A stretch of 64,000 nt of DNA from a virus. Its lineage: Duplodnaviria > Caudoviricetes. Shown here piece after piece: positions 1 through 10,014 of this stretch (its first letter is position 1; every line of letters begins with the position of its first letter). The notes under the pieces are model-generated. The model saw only the letters and a program-made list of their open reading frames with translations. It was not told the DNA's origin and did not search any database. The position numbers were made by a program, and so were the translations under genes. The stretch lies in the IMG/VR virus record IMGVR_UViG_3300041411_000177, positions 16,477 to 80,476 of that record; one strand, written 5' to 3'.

Positions 1-1540
1 ACAGCTTCGTTTTCGTTCGACCGAACAGGCCCATGGCAGGCACGCCGGTTTTCTTCGCCAACAACTTGTTCGCTTTCGCCACGCCTTCCGATTCGTACAG
101 CGCTTTAATTACGCGGTTTTTCTCCCGCACAATATGTGAATCTTTCGACTTGAGTTTGAACAGCCAGTCGATATCGACATACGATCCGTTGTACTCAAGA
201 TTGGAGAGCGTGTGAATCTGATCGCTAAGCTGTTCGGTAACGAGCGATTCGTATTTCTTGTAGCCAATTTTCTTGGCCTGTTTCAGCTGCAATTTCTGGA
301 TGTGTAGCAGCACAATAACGTCGAGGGCCATGTACGTCAGCACAGGCCCTTCTAGATCCATGTCCGCGATGAATGCGCGCTGTTCCTTACCGAAGTCGGA
401 TTCGTAATAAGCACGACAACCATATTGCATGGTGATATTCAGCAGTGAGTAATAGTTCCGCCCGCTGATACCTTGAATCGCTTTGTGGTTTTCATCCTTG
501 GCGAATTCCGCCGAGATAACACACCACAGTTTGCATTTGAAGAAACGAACGCCGAGGTCACGACGCGCAGCGATCAGGTCGAACGCGGCGTTTGCGTAGA
601 GGTTGTATTTGTTCTTCGATTTGTACTCGAAGTAATCACGCAACTTCTCTTTGATATACGCAAGTTCTTTCGGGAGGAACGGCGTGTCTTTATGCAGGAA
701 AGGCAGAATATAAGCCTTCCCCGTTTCAGTCGCGAACTGCCACGTCACCGTGTAGTTCTTCCGCCGTTTAAGACTTCGGGCCTCCGTGTCGATTGCCACG
801 ATTTCCGCGTTGGTAATGTCCTTCAACATCTTGTCGAATTTCTTGATCGTATCAACCATCACGATCTTGTAATCCAACTTCGGAACCTTGTACATCAGTT
901 CGCCGTCATTCAGACAGGTCGTCAGGTTCCGCGCCACGTACCCGGCTGCTGCCATCGAGTCATCGGATTTCTGCAATGAGCGCAACGACAGTGTAGAGAC
1001 GTGTTTGAATTTATGTGTCTCGCCCTTCACCGTAACTTTGGCGTCAATCGGCACACCGTAAAAGTGCTGCCACAAAACACCACGTTCGCTTTTGTGCTGC
1101 GCGATGAAATCACCGCTGATTGCTTTCGTCGGGTCAGACCCAAACGTCACAACGGTATCCGGTTTGTAAACCGAGATAATGTATTCCAAACGCTTCTTGA
1201 ATTCTTGCTGTGCTGTTTCGATGAAACCCGGCGCACCGCCAACGGTTTTGAAACTGTGATAACTCATGCACAGCCAGTTGTAATCGTCCAACTTGTTCGG
1301 CGCTTTGTAATACTCTTCGGCTGCCCAAAAAAGGTTAGCCATAAGATCGCCGGTCGCCCCATCGAGAATACGCCGCTTACGCAACGCCTCGCCCGGCATG
1401 TAGTCCAACACGAACAGAATTTTCCCACGTGCTTTTTTGGTAACGTGCTTTGCCAACTCGACATTATCGAAGCCTGTAATGTCGTACTGCTTCAGCACCT
1501 TGCCATACTTGTGAGAGAATTCTACATAATCATACTTCAT
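1..1540 (-). CDS. polA: Family A DNA polymerase, N-terminal part (UDG-like domain + 3'-5' exonuclease); runs off the window edge
   Basis: Not in the ORF track because it has no stop in the window. Manual translation from ATG 1540 gives MKYDYVEFSHKYGK..., open to position 1. It has the UDG-4-like segment ILFVLDYMPGEALRKRRILDGATGDLM and exonuclease motifs ExoI IVAIDTE, ExoII NAAFDL and ExoIII YMALD, then LEYNGSYVD as at the PolA thumb start. Confidence 0.88.
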   Translation of the reverse strand, partial: MKYDYVEFSHKYGKVLKQYDITGFDNVELAKHVTKKARGKILFVLDYMPGEALRKRRILDGATGDLMANLFWAAEEYYKAPNKLDDYNWLCMSYHSFKTVGGAPGFIETAQQEFKKRLEYIISVYKPDTVVTFGSDPTKAISGDFIAQHKSERGVLWQHFYGVPIDAKVTVKGETHKFKHVSTLSLRSLQKSDDSMAAAGYVARNLTTCLNDGELMYKVPKLDYKIVMVDTIKKFDKMLKDITNAEIVAIDTEARSLKRRKNYTVTWQFATETGKAYILPFLHKDTPFLPKELAYIKEKLRDYFEYKSKNKYNLYANAAFDLIAARRDLGVRFFKCKLWCVISAEFAKDENHKAIQGISGRNYYSLLNITMQYGCRAYYESDFGKEQRAFIADMDLEGPVLTYMALDVIVLLHIQKLQLKQAKKIGYKKYESLVTEQLSDQIHTLSNLEYNGSYVDIDWLFKLKSKDSHIVREKNRVIKALYESEGVAKANKLLAKKTGVPAMGLFGRTKTKL

Positions 1541-1574
1541 AGAATTACCCGTTAGGGGATTAGGCCTACGGTAT

Positions 1575-1584
1575 ATTTACAGTT
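1575..1584 (-). promoter_or_regulatory. AACTGTAAAT motif, putative phage promoter for DNA polymerase
   Basis: 35 nt upstream of ATG 1540, just downstream of a terminator; recurrent window-wide motif. Confidence 0.65.
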
Positions 1585-1597
1585 TTGCCCCACAACG

Positions 1598-1631
1598 AAA
1601 AAGCCCCCGAATCCGTTAGGAAACGAGGGCC
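1598..1631 (-). terminator. Intrinsic terminator
   Basis: On the minus strand GCCCTCG...CGGGGGC stem followed by TTTTT, just after the stop at 1637. Confidence 0.65.
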
Positions 1632-1636
1632 TGCAT

Positions 1637-2122
1637 TCAAAACAGCTTCACCAATCGAAGGATATCCGATAGGCGACTGTCGTATTGCTCGGGCGTTGGG
1701 TAGCAGCACCAGCGGCGGCTAAGCGTGCGTAGCGTGTCGGTTGCCAGCAGCTTGTCACCTAGTTGCGTGTACACTTCCCAATTGATCGGCAGTTCATAAA
1801 CGCTTTTGTCGCCGCCGCTCAAAATAACCATTGGCCGGTGATGCGGTTCCGCGTCAATGAACCCAACGAAGCGCGGAGATTCCCGCCACATCATCAGTGC
1901 CCCTTCGGTGTCTGGAATTTCAACGGTTGAAACGCCGTCTTCCAAACCTTCGATTCGTGGCCCCCAAAATTCACCAGAACCCAAACCGAAGAAACCGAAA
2001 ATATCAGACGTTTCGTGACCAGCGATCAATTCAGGAAAGTTCGTGGTCAAGATCCGGTAGTGCGTGTTATTGCCTTTGATGTAAGCGTAGTGAAACGCTA
2101 CGTCACTCTTGTGCATCGTCAT
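1637..2122 (-). CDS. Hypothetical protein
   Basis: ORF track 1637..2152; start probably MTMHK (2122); co-oriented and followed by a terminator. Confidence 0.65.
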   Translation of the reverse strand: MTMHKSDVAFHYAYIKGNNTHYRILTTNFPELIAGHETSDIFGFFGLGSGEFWGPRIEGLEDGVSTVEIPDTEGALMMWRESPRFVGFIDAEPHHRPMVILSGGDKSVYELPINWEVYTQLGDKLLATDTLRTLSRRWCCYPTPEQYDSRLSDILRLVKLF

Positions 2123-2495
2123 CGGAATTCTCCGATTCTTTCGCCTCGACAACCGGCTGATTTTTCTGGCCGTGCTGTTTCTGCGGATTGGTTGGAGTTT
2201 GAACAGGTGCCGGGGTACGCGTGCGCGTCTTGATAAGCTCCTGCATCTTTTCCGGAGTCAGGTTGCGATGATTCAGCAACTTTTTATCCCAGTAAAGATC
2301 CTTCGGAAGTTTATCGTGCAACGTGAACGGCAAGCCATTCGATGGGATGCCACGTGCGTATGCATCGTCACATTCGAAAGCACGCTTTGCACGAATGCTG
2401 GCGTCACTCCAAATCCCGTCGATTGCCCCGTTGTAAAAACCGAGGAACGCCAGAACAACCTGTTGCGCCATCAGCTCAACTTTACCAGTTTGCAT
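2103..2495 (-). CDS. Peptidoglycan-binding-domain-like protein (PG_binding_1-like N-terminus)
   Basis: QQVVLAFLGFYNGAIDGIWSDASIRAKRAFE resembles the PG_binding_1 consensus (LGY..G.iDG.fG..T..Av..FQ). Confidence 0.6.
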   Translation of the reverse strand: MQTGKVELMAQQVVLAFLGFYNGAIDGIWSDASIRAKRAFECDDAYARGIPSNGLPFTLHDKLPKDLYWDKKLLNHRNLTPEKMQELIKTRTRTPAPVQTPTNPQKQHGQKNQPVVEAKESENSDDDAQE

Positions 2496-2539
2496 TATTT
2501 TCTCCAGTCACTAATTGGGCCTTCCTTGGCCCTTACCCA

Positions 2540-5500
2540 TTAGCGTGTTTTATATTTGAAGGTCAGTTCAGACAATTCCTTCAGCGCCTGATCTTTGTTC
2601 GAAACGGTGATACCGCTTCGCGCCACTTCTGCAACCTTGGCTTTCAGGTCGGTTTTATTCTTCCCGAAATACATCCATTCGCCGTCCGACTTCAACCACT
2701 TGGCACCAGCATTCGGAACAGCTTTGCCGAGGTGCTTAATGATGCCGGGGTTAGTCCGCAAGTCCACGCACAACATCACGTGTTCTTCGGTAAAGATCGG
2801 GAATACACGAATGGCACGACGGTTGCTGCTCATGCGTTTTTGCACGCTGAAGAACGCAGGCAATTCACTTACCGGAGCCAGTTCCAAGCGATACCACAAT
2901 TTGTGGGTGTTCTTCTGGCCTTCGTCGAACGCGTTGTTGATCGACATAAACAAGTCGTTCAATTTGTCATTCACTTCGAAGTTTTCGTAAACCCAGTCGT
3001 AGATCGCGTGGAATTTCTTCTTGTTGGAAACATTGATGTACGCGTAGGCCGGAGTAAATTGGAAGCCCAATTTCTTCAGGTTCACGTCGCCAGCTTCTGG
3101 CGTTGCTTCCAGCGTTGCAAATCCGTGGTAGTAGGCAGGGTACAGAGAAACTTCCGGAGTTTCGATTTCTTCGGGGAAGTCTTCCTGTTCCACAATGACG
3201 CCGACTTTCGGATTGTCGGTGGCTTTGAGTTTCTTGCCGCCGCCGATTTTCACCGTACCGCCAGTGTCGTAAATACCCTCGTTGAGCGGGCGACCTTTCT
3301 TCTCGTTTTCTTCTCGTTTCTCGCCGTCTTTCGCTTCTTTCTTGATAACGCGAATTTTGTCCGTCTCTTGTTTCTTCTTGATCCGGTTTTCGCGTTCCTC
3401 GGCTTCAGCTTGTTTCTTCTGCTGTTCTTCCAAACGCTTTTGGCGAGCGGCGTCACGTTTTTCCTCGGTGTCAGTACCAGCCAGCGACACGTCGAAGAAA
3501 CGTTCTTCCTGTTCAGGCGTTACGTTTTTCTGCGCGATATAAGCCATGTTCACTTGAACGGTTACGCGCCCGGCCATACCAGCTGGCGGGTTTTTCAAGT
3601 TCACAATCAGGCTCGACAATTTACCGCCGCGAGTGTTAAAGCCGACAATACGCCCGGTGCCCCATTCCGTAACAACCGGTTTGGTCAGCAAATGTTCACG
3701 ATAATTCTTGAACATTTCCGGATCGCGCATCAGAACTTCGATGTTCAGCAAGCCCCAATTGTTATGGTCGGGAATTGGCTGGTTCGCAACAAACGGCACC
3801 AGTTCCATACGGGCAGAACCTTCGATGTTTGGAGCGGCTTCAATCGGCAACATATCCGCTTTCATCGTGTTACGCATTTCTGCGAACTCTTTCGATTCAA
3901 CGGCGTTCAACCGACGATAAGCGTCTTCCATTTCATTGAATGGTTCGTCGTCGAGGCCAGCGGTCGATGCAAGCATGTCCACGCTAAGCGCCAAACGCGG
4001 GTCTTCTTTTTCCGTCGGAACAACCACGGAAGCCAACAATTCCTGATACAACGGATTCGATGCTTCAGTGATTCGCGCAACACCGAAAGTCTTGGAAATA
4101 ACGCGTGCCAATTTCGGCACTTCCATAGTGTTGTCAGCGAGTACCCAATCCAGATAAACCACGTCACGGGTCAAACCGCCTTCGCCCTTCGCCGCTGCAA
4201 TTGCGCCCTTAGCATCTGGACGCCATACCCGTGCAGCAGTTTGTGCCAATGCACCCGGCCCCCATGGGGCTTCCGCACGAATCATTCGGCTTGCCAATTG
4301 AAGGTTGTGGCCTTCGGACATGCCTTGTTCGTTCGCGATCAGAATTTGTACGCGATCATCAGTTTTGAAGTCGTTGAAAGCCTTCACGCGATCCGGTTCG
4401 TCACCGGTGAATTTCACGGCCATCGCTTTGAAGTTCGGTGGCAGTGCATCGTAAATTGCGCGTGCGCTTGCGTTGTAACGAGTGATAATGATCAGTTTGC
4501 CTTTCGGCTCAGGCTTCCAGTAATCCGGGGCCTCAACTGGTGTACGACTCAGGATGTTATCGGGAAGTGCAACGCGTGTTTCGCCCGGATTGTATTTCCG
4601 TGCGACGTACAGCTGGCCTTCGAAATCAACGAGGTCGAGTTCGATATAACGGTTGCCGCGTTTCCACTTTTGCGGGTTGAAGTGCAACGCTGTCAGGTTC
4701 GCGATATATTTTGCTTTTCGCGAAACAAAACCTTCACCCATGTCACCGAAAACTTCGCCGTATGCTTCGTCTTCCTGCGGGCAGATAATCAGGCGTTCGA
4801 AACGCGCAATGTTTTTCTCCCACAATTTCTGCGCGATAGCTTCCCCGGAAAAGTCCGAGTCGTTATCCACGGTATCTGCACCGCCACCGCCGCCGTTATC
4901 GTCGTCTTCATCGTCGTCACCGTCTTTATCGGCCAGCGCTTCAGCTTTCGCTTTTTGGCGCAGCAACGGTTCCATTTCTTCCAACGTGCGGTCGAGTACC
5001 AAGCGGTACAATTGTTCGTGCAGTTTTTGCTGTTCGATTTCAACTGCGCTCGTACCATCTGCGCCATCGTAGTCCACCATTGGAACCGGGTGAAAACTTT
5101 CGATAGCGGACGGCAGCATGTAAGCCCAGTCCTTTTTATCTTTCACGATAAACGAAATATAGTGACCGAGTTTATCGACCGCACGTTTACCGTTAAGCGG
5201 GGTGAATGTGGTAATTACACGATCACCGATTTTGACAAGGCCACTGTCTTTTTCAGCTTCCTGATCAGGCTTGATATTCGCGATATCACCAGCACGGAAA
5301 ACGTGCGGAGCTTTCAACGCGATTTGGCCTTCGATATCTTTCGCACGGTCTGGCATGATCGTACCAGTCAACAGGCGCAGCCATTTGACGGTGGTCGAAG
5401 AGGTCAGAATTTTCACAGCACGGTGACGCGCCGATTTGAAAGACTTCAGGTTGTGCGATTCGTCGATTGCCACATAGTTGCAACCGAGGCGACGGATCAA

Positions 5501-8500
5501 CTCAAGGTTTTGCGAGAAGTTAACCTGCGCATTACCGATACAAACGCGAGTGTTCCGGCCCTGAATGAAAGTCATCGAACTGATAAAAATCGTGTTCGGT
5601 GGCGCGGTGGTTGCCAAATCGCTCAGGCGTTTTTCACCAACGGTTTTCATCCAGCGTTGCAGCACATCGGAACTGATCGGGAATGCGTTCCAGTTGGCGC
5701 CTTGGAAATATTTCATTTCCTCACACCAAGTGTTGATCAGACCGTTCGGGCAAATAACCAACGGACGTACAACGGTGCCCGCTTCTTTCATGTCGGCCAT
5801 GAGGCAGGCAATGTCGATAATGCCTTGACCGGTTTTACCACCACCGGGAGCCAGTGCCAGAATTGCGAAGGTCGGCGGATTCTTTTTACGCAGTGAACTT
5901 TGCACGTCTTCTTGGTGCGGGAAAATCGCACGGTCTTCACCGATCATGCCGGGGAATTTAATGTCGTCAGAACTGAACGACGGATCAGGTTTAATCGACT
6001 CAACCTGTTCCTGCGCTTCTGCGAAAATGGTTTCCGCGTTTGGCGCATATTTCCCAAGCATTACCGCGAACGGCAGAACGTCTTTGTACAACGTGGCGTT
6101 CGGTTGCAGCGTCAGGCTGATCGAATATTGCTGACCCGGACGGTCTGGCATTTCACCGAGTTCAACCATTTGCTCGCCAGCGCGGGCGTTTGCAAAGTGT
6201 TCGATTTCAACACTGTTAATCGCGTCCAGAATCTGCTTGAAAACTTGGCCGCCGAAATAACGATACAGGCGAGCAAATTCAGCAGTGGTGCTGATCGTGG
6301 TGTTGAAATAGTCCGGATGGTTTTCCAGTTCGAGCGAGACTTCCGATGCACGCGGAGTTTTATCACCGTTGCGCAAATTCTCGAAAGTTTCATTCCACAG
6401 GTGCGTGCCTTGGGCACCGCTCGCCATGTCCATTGCTGTTTCCAGCAGGCCCAAAATAATCCCACGCACGTTGCCTTTGTGGCGATCAATCAGTGTGCCT
6501 TCAGGCGTCAGATATTTGGTGTAATCCTGACTGAAGTCGAAGCCCTGTTCGGTCGGCAATTTCTGGTAATTCAGGGCACGCATTGCACTGCCCAACAATT
6601 CCGGAAGTTTCGGCACTTTGTTATCGACATAGGCAATCCGCATGTAGAGATTTACCAGATTCGTAACGAGGCCGCTTTTTGCAAACTTCAGATGGTCTTC
6701 AGCTGCGCCGTAAAGTTCTTCAGCACGCTTGTACGCCCATGCGGTGTGTTCGTGGTGACTCAGGGTATACATGGATTGCGCAAAAGAGCGCTTCATTGGT
6801 TTCTCGCCGTCGTTGGCAAGGTTAAAACCAAGCCAGTCAGCGATTGCCAAAGAATCCGGCGTTACCGATCCGACCGAAGTCGAAGTGATGGTGCGGCCCG
6901 GTGTGGAAGTCGCCTGAATATTGATCCCGAAATCCCAATCGAAACCGAGCGAGCAACCGGCGAAGTTATCCAGTTCTTTTACCAGTGCTTGCATGCGCTC
7001 CAAATCTTGCGCATCAACCCACGGCCATTTCTCGGCGCGGTGATCGTCTTGGAATGCAGCCAACGGAATTTCGTTGCGGCTCAACAATTCCAGAAGTTCT
7101 TCGGATGTTTTCTCGAAGTCTTCGGCCAGCGTGGTTTTTTGCAGCGCGTCGATACTCGGGCGAATCGCCATCGTGCCTTGCGGCGTGATGAACATGTTTT
7201 CCGCGTTGCCTTTGGTTTTCTCGACGACGTAGCCGAACTGTTCACGCAGTGCCGGGATTTTCTTCAGCGTGGAAGCACTGGTCGCGTAACGCGGGATGTG
7301 TTCCATTTTGATTGCGGCGGCGTTGGAAACTTTGTAAGCCTTGCCGGTGCCGGAAACTTTCGCACGCAGAACCTGCGCGATGTACAGGGAGAACCACGAA
7401 TTCGCACGGGTCAGCGAAGGGCGTTCGCTTTCCGGAGTTTGCGAAACAAAATGCGCGATATCCGATTCCAGAGTGAAGCGAATCGAGGTACGCAGCGTGA
7501 CGTTCAGCAATTCCGATTCGGGAGTGATCTTCGGATTTTCACCGTTCAACGACTCTTCGATTTTCGCGTTGATCGCAGTCGGGCTCAGTTGCTGTTCACC
7601 GAACGACGGACGCGTATTGCGCAGAGTTTCAGTGAGTTTTTTCACAGCAGCGGACGGCTGTTTGATCACTTCGATTTGCAGAAACTGATCAGCGAAATGG
7701 TTGCTCACTACCATGTCGGTAATGATTTCGCCAGCGGTTGGCAATTTGATGCCGGTATTTTTAATCCAGATGCGTTCGATATCGCTGAACTTGGTATTCA
7801 ACGGAACGCCACGGTGGATCATGCGTTCGCTACTGGCTACGCTGCCCCACAGGAACATGTGGATTTCGCGAGCGGCGGCGAGAATGCGTTCACCGACCGG
7901 CGATTGCCACGTACCACGGCGACGGCCTTCGGTCAGTGGGAAATGATTGTTGGTTTCCAGATATTCGCTGCGACCGAGTTTGAAGTCTTCCACACCGAAA
8001 TACGGCGCTGGCAAACCTTCTTTTTCCGGGTCAGCACCGGCACCCATCAGCACAACGTCGAGGCCTTCGTTGTATCGCTTCGAACGATACACGTTGTGGA
8101 ACGAATGCGCAGTACGACGTGAAGCACGCATGAAATTCACAACGTCCTGTTCAACCGAACCAGTGGTACGTTTCGATTGGAACACTTGAACGAAAATCGA
8201 AGAAACGAGCGCTTCGTTTTGTTCGTCCGAGTTTTGCGACATGATGTTTGCACGCGACATGCACAGGCGCATGAAACGGAAAAACATGTTGATGTTTGCG
8301 GTAACGTCGCTCAGCGATTCCAGAATCGGAACCAAGAAGTTACGTTCTTTCTTCGGATAGAAAAAAGATTCGTATTCCATGTTACGCGCAGGATCGAGCG
8401 AAATGGTGCGGATGGATTTAACGAATTCGGAACTGTCGTCGCCGTCGTCGTCATCGTCGCTGTCTTCACCATTGGCACGGGCATAGGCCGAAAGCTGTTC

Positions 8501-8587
8501 AGCCAATTCGTCCTGTTGCGCGAGTTCCATACGCTTTTTACGCAGAGCGTCAGCGATTGGGTTTACTTCCCATTGTAAACGGTTCAT
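2540..8587 (-). CDS. Giant SNF2-family (SF2) helicase/ATPase, 2015 aa
   Basis: Motif I LAPGGGKT, II IDESH, III LLTGT, V ILIANEQGMSEGHNLQ, VI QTAARVWRP; about 950 aa of uncharacterised N-terminal extension. Confidence 0.88.
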   Translation of the reverse strand: MNRLQWEVNPIADALRKKRMELAQQDELAEQLSAYARANGEDSDDDDDGDDSSEFVKSIRTISLDPARNMEYESFFYPKKERNFLVPILESLSDVTANINMFFRFMRLCMSRANIMSQNSDEQNEALVSSIFVQVFQSKRTTGSVEQDVVNFMRASRRTAHSFHNVYRSKRYNEGLDVVLMGAGADPEKEGLPAPYFGVEDFKLGRSEYLETNNHFPLTEGRRRGTWQSPVGERILAAAREIHMFLWGSVASSERMIHRGVPLNTKFSDIERIWIKNTGIKLPTAGEIITDMVVSNHFADQFLQIEVIKQPSAAVKKLTETLRNTRPSFGEQQLSPTAINAKIEESLNGENPKITPESELLNVTLRTSIRFTLESDIAHFVSQTPESERPSLTRANSWFSLYIAQVLRAKVSGTGKAYKVSNAAAIKMEHIPRYATSASTLKKIPALREQFGYVVEKTKGNAENMFITPQGTMAIRPSIDALQKTTLAEDFEKTSEELLELLSRNEIPLAAFQDDHRAEKWPWVDAQDLERMQALVKELDNFAGCSLGFDWDFGINIQATSTPGRTITSTSVGSVTPDSLAIADWLGFNLANDGEKPMKRSFAQSMYTLSHHEHTAWAYKRAEELYGAAEDHLKFAKSGLVTNLVNLYMRIAYVDNKVPKLPELLGSAMRALNYQKLPTEQGFDFSQDYTKYLTPEGTLIDRHKGNVRGIILGLLETAMDMASGAQGTHLWNETFENLRNGDKTPRASEVSLELENHPDYFNTTISTTAEFARLYRYFGGQVFKQILDAINSVEIEHFANARAGEQMVELGEMPDRPGQQYSISLTLQPNATLYKDVLPFAVMLGKYAPNAETIFAEAQEQVESIKPDPSFSSDDIKFPGMIGEDRAIFPHQEDVQSSLRKKNPPTFAILALAPGGGKTGQGIIDIACLMADMKEAGTVVRPLVICPNGLINTWCEEMKYFQGANWNAFPISSDVLQRWMKTVGEKRLSDLATTAPPNTIFISSMTFIQGRNTRVCIGNAQVNFSQNLELIRRLGCNYVAIDESHNLKSFKSARHRAVKILTSSTTVKWLRLLTGTIMPDRAKDIEGQIALKAPHVFRAGDIANIKPDQEAEKDSGLVKIGDRVITTFTPLNGKRAVDKLGHYISFIVKDKKDWAYMLPSAIESFHPVPMVDYDGADGTSAVEIEQQKLHEQLYRLVLDRTLEEMEPLLRQKAKAEALADKDGDDDEDDDNGGGGGADTVDNDSDFSGEAIAQKLWEKNIARFERLIICPQEDEAYGEVFGDMGEGFVSRKAKYIANLTALHFNPQKWKRGNRYIELDLVDFEGQLYVARKYNPGETRVALPDNILSRTPVEAPDYWKPEPKGKLIIITRYNASARAIYDALPPNFKAMAVKFTGDEPDRVKAFNDFKTDDRVQILIANEQGMSEGHNLQLASRMIRAEAPWGPGALAQTAARVWRPDAKGAIAAAKGEGGLTRDVVYLDWVLADNTMEVPKLARVISKTFGVARITEASNPLYQELLASVVVPTEKEDPRLALSVDMLASTAGLDDEPFNEMEDAYRRLNAVESKEFAEMRNTMKADMLPIEAAPNIEGSARMELVPFVANQPIPDHNNWGLLNIEVLMRDPEMFKNYREHLLTKPVVTEWGTGRIVGFNTRGGKLSSLIVNLKNPPAGMAGRVTVQVNMAYIAQKNVTPEQEERFFDVSLAGTDTEEKRDAARQKRLEEQQKKQAEAEERENRIKKKQETDKIRVIKKEAKDGEKREENEKKGRPLNEGIYDTGGTVKIGGGKKLKATDNPKVGVIVEQEDFPEEIETPEVSLYPAYYHGFATLEATPEAGDVNLKKLGFQFTPAYAYINVSNKKKFHAIYDWVYENFEVNDKLNDLFMSINNAFDEGQKNTHKLWYRLELAPVSELPAFFSVQKRMSSNRRAIRVFPIFTEEHVMLCVDLRTNPGIIKHLGKAVPNAGAKWLKSDGEWMYFGKNKTDLKAKVAEVARSGITVSNKDQALKELSELTFKYKTR

Positions 8588-9000
8588 TCGTCACCCTCGG
8601 AAATCACGCCTTCGTTTTGGATGATTGCGGCCCACGTAGAATTCGGCTCACGCTTTTGTTCCTGCGCGTACTTCATAAGCGCCATTGCAATTGCGGTGCG
8701 AACGTGTGGATCGGGTTCATCACGGAAGGGCTGCAAATCGTAGTAGCTGTAGAGATTGTTGTAGACCTGTTTGCGGAATGCTTCGAGCAAATCCTTAACT
8801 GCCTGATCCATGTCGAATGTAATCGGCGGCAATTCCGGAACGTATTCGGAATAAGATGTGTCCATCAAATCCTGAATATCATTGCGCGCAACTTCAGCCA
8901 CACTCAGAATGGCTTTCAGTTTTTGTTCAGGCGGCGCATCGCCCTTCTTGATAATGGCAAGGATACTTTCGATCCCGTCCAGAGCGGTACTAAGGCTCAT
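8584..9000 (-). CDS. Hypothetical protein
   Basis: 138 aa ORF, 4-nt overlaps with both neighbours. Confidence 0.75.
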   Translation of the reverse strand: MSLSTALDGIESILAIIKKGDAPPEQKLKAILSVAEVARNDIQDLMDTSYSEYVPELPPITFDMDQAVKDLLEAFRKQVYNNLYSYYDLQPFRDEPDPHVRTAIAMALMKYAQEQKREPNSTWAAIIQNEGVISEGDE

Positions 9001-9680
9001 TGCAAGTCTCCAATTGAGGCCCTTCGCCAGACGGCTAAGAGTTCTTTTTCTAATAGCGGGTAATGCGGCATTTCTGTTCGGAAGAAAACCTCATATTTCA
9101 AACAGAGGTGATCACCTTTCAGGCGCGCAATGCTGATTTTCATGTCGCGGTTAATAACCACAACCGTTTCCTGCCAAGGTTTTAGTTGGCGGATTGTACC
9201 GGGGCAACGATCAGTCACCACCGTAACCTTTTCACCGCCGCGCATGGTTGTGCGCCGATCCAATTGCAGAGAGTCCGGCAATTCCTTGAGGACTTTTACC
9301 TGCACCATTCGATTCAACAAATAATCGAGGGTGAATCGTTGGGCTTTCATTTTCACTTGGCCCACGACTTTAAAACCATGAACAACATTGGTCAGGTCGT
9401 CAGAATCGAACACGATTTTAAACGTGTGCTTTACGGGCTTCAGGTGATACAAAAGAAATTTGGCTGTAAGCGCCGAGTTGAATGCGCTATACAGTTTATT
9501 TACAGTAAAGAAATCCTTCAGTGTGTGGAGCGTTTTGACCTTTACCCCGGCCTGACGCAAAAGAATTCGAAAACCCTCTTTCAAAACTTTCGGATCAAGA
9601 TTTTTTGTATCGGGTAATTCTAAAAACGCTTCCCACGAACCGGCAAATTCCGGCTCAATGTCAGGTGGCATCTTTAGCAT
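8997..9680 (-). CDS. Hypothetical protein
   Basis: 227 aa ORF in the operon, overlap-coupled. Confidence 0.7.
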   Translation of the reverse strand: MLKMPPDIEPEFAGSWEAFLELPDTKNLDPKVLKEGFRILLRQAGVKVKTLHTLKDFFTVNKLYSAFNSALTAKFLLYHLKPVKHTFKIVFDSDDLTNVVHGFKVVGQVKMKAQRFTLDYLLNRMVQVKVLKELPDSLQLDRRTTMRGGEKVTVVTDRCPGTIRQLKPWQETVVVINRDMKISIARLKGDHLCLKYEVFFRTEMPHYPLLEKELLAVWRRASIGDLQ

Positions 9681-10014
9681 CTTTTTTCTTCTTCGCTAGG
9701 ATTAGATGTTTGGAATGTCGGCTGCTGTGTTGTGCTGCATGGCAGTCGGCGCAAAGGGTACGCAGGTTGTGCATTACGGTTTGCCCGCCAGCACTTGCGG
9801 GGCGAATGTGATCGACCTGCAAATAAGTTGTGTTCGGGCATTTCGTACATTTGTTTCCGTCACGTGCCAACACCTTTGCACGGATTGCCATCCACGCTGT
9901 GCGGTCGCCATAAACGGCGGTAGAAGTGCGGCGAACTTTAGCCACGACTTTTGCTTTCTTCGGCCCGCTTGCGACACTCTTAACCCGTTTAGGGGCAACA
10001 CGCGTTGGCCTCAT
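9661..10014 (-). CDS. HNH endonuclease
   Basis: CTKC...LQVDHIRPASAGG...NLRTLCADCH: CxxC, DH, N and CxxCH pattern. Confidence 0.92.
   Translation of the reverse strand: MRPTRVAPKRVKSVASGPKKAKVVAKVRRTSTAVYGDRTAWMAIRAKVLARDGNKCTKCPNTTYLQVDHIRPASAGGQTVMHNLRTLCADCHAAQHSSRHSKHLILAKKKKDAKDAT

Noticed and set aside
2342-8122. Very long plus-strand ORFs (2342..5896, 1184 aa; 5900..8122, 740 aa; also 473..979 and 1001..1555)
   Set aside because: Antisense shadows of the SNF2 and polymerase genes. Avoidance of TTA/CTA/TCA in the sense frame removes antisense stops; the products are F/V/R/H-rich and have no motifs.
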